DNA of 32,000 nt. Origin: Paramicrosporidium saccamoebae KSL3. Its lineage: Eukaryota; Fungi; Cryptomycota. Made by a program: the position numbers and the translations under genes. The notes below the pieces were generated by a model. The model searched no databases. It saw only the letters and a list, made by a program, of their open reading frames with translations, and was not told the origin of the DNA. Numbering within the stretch: position 1 is the first letter of the stretch; each line of letters opens with the position of its first letter. The DNA lies in NCBI GenBank assembly GCA_002794465.1, contig MTSL01000174.1, positions 74,484 through 106,483 on the forward strand, written 5' to 3'. Below are positions 31,643 to 32,000 of this stretch, piece by piece.

Positions 31643-32000
31643 TTACAAATACTCCAATTCAATCAAGGGCTCGTCAGCAGAGACATTCTGGCCAGGGGAA
31701 ATGTTTACGGCAGTCACTTTTCCAGCCTTTGGAGCACGAAGCACATTTTGCATCTTCATCGCCTCTATGACGGCAATTTCGGCGCCCTCTCGGACAGTAT
31801 CGCCCACTTTGACAGACACAGAGACCATTTGACCGGCCATTGGGGCCAACACGATGCGATCAGACGCTTCTGAGCTGCGGACCGGCATGTATTGTGAGAG
31901 GGTATCTTCAAGGGCAGTTTTTACCCAAATATTATACACAGTGCCCCACGCCTGTATGATCATGCGCCCAAGATGAGGCGATCCATGAAACTGGGCAACC
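31643..32000 (-). CDS. PCCA: Propionyl-CoA carboxylase alpha subunit, C-terminal biotinyl domain; 5' part outside the window
   Basis: APMAGQMVSVSVKVGDTV...VIEAMKMQNVLRAP (biotin Lys in MKM). The upstream frame stays open to the window edge (VAQFHGSPHLGRMIIQAWGTVY). Assignment to PCCA rather than MCCA is by motif resemblance. Confidence 0.8.
   Translation of the reverse strand, partial: VAQFHGSPHLGRMIIQAWGTVYNIWVKTALEDTLSQYMPVRSSEASDRIVLAPMAGQMVSVSVKVGDTVREGAEIAVIEAMKMQNVLRAPKAGKVTAVNISPGQNVSADEPLIELEYL

Overview
Gene-dense eukaryotic nuclear DNA, not prokaryotic. About 20 protein genes and one tRNA-Glu(UUC) sit in 32 kb, with 21 inferred spliceosomal introns of 28-40 nt and divergent start codons as close as 41 nt. 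The gene set includes mitochondrial functions (COQ5, YAH1, PCCA/PCCB). This architecture suggests a compact-genome, early-diverging fungal/rozellid-like organism; that is an inference I cannot confirm from the sequence. Most genes are housekeeping: MAF1, MPP6, SEC3, TRM6, TRS20, TRS33, CK2-beta, NUP98-NUP96, DAP1, FCF1, synaptobrevin. The most unusual elements are (1) a tandem pair of intronless DNase II paralogs with intact HxK motifs, a signal peptide (visible in copy 2) and long chromatin/nuclear-type low-complexity tails, which may be host-nuclear effectors; (2) a ~1582-aa orphan type I membrane protein hidden across three ORFs; (3) an alpha-SNAP-like domain in frame with hydrophobic segments; (4) a chimeric MAF1-end/MPP6-fragment tandem repeat. 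All gene models were spliced by hand.
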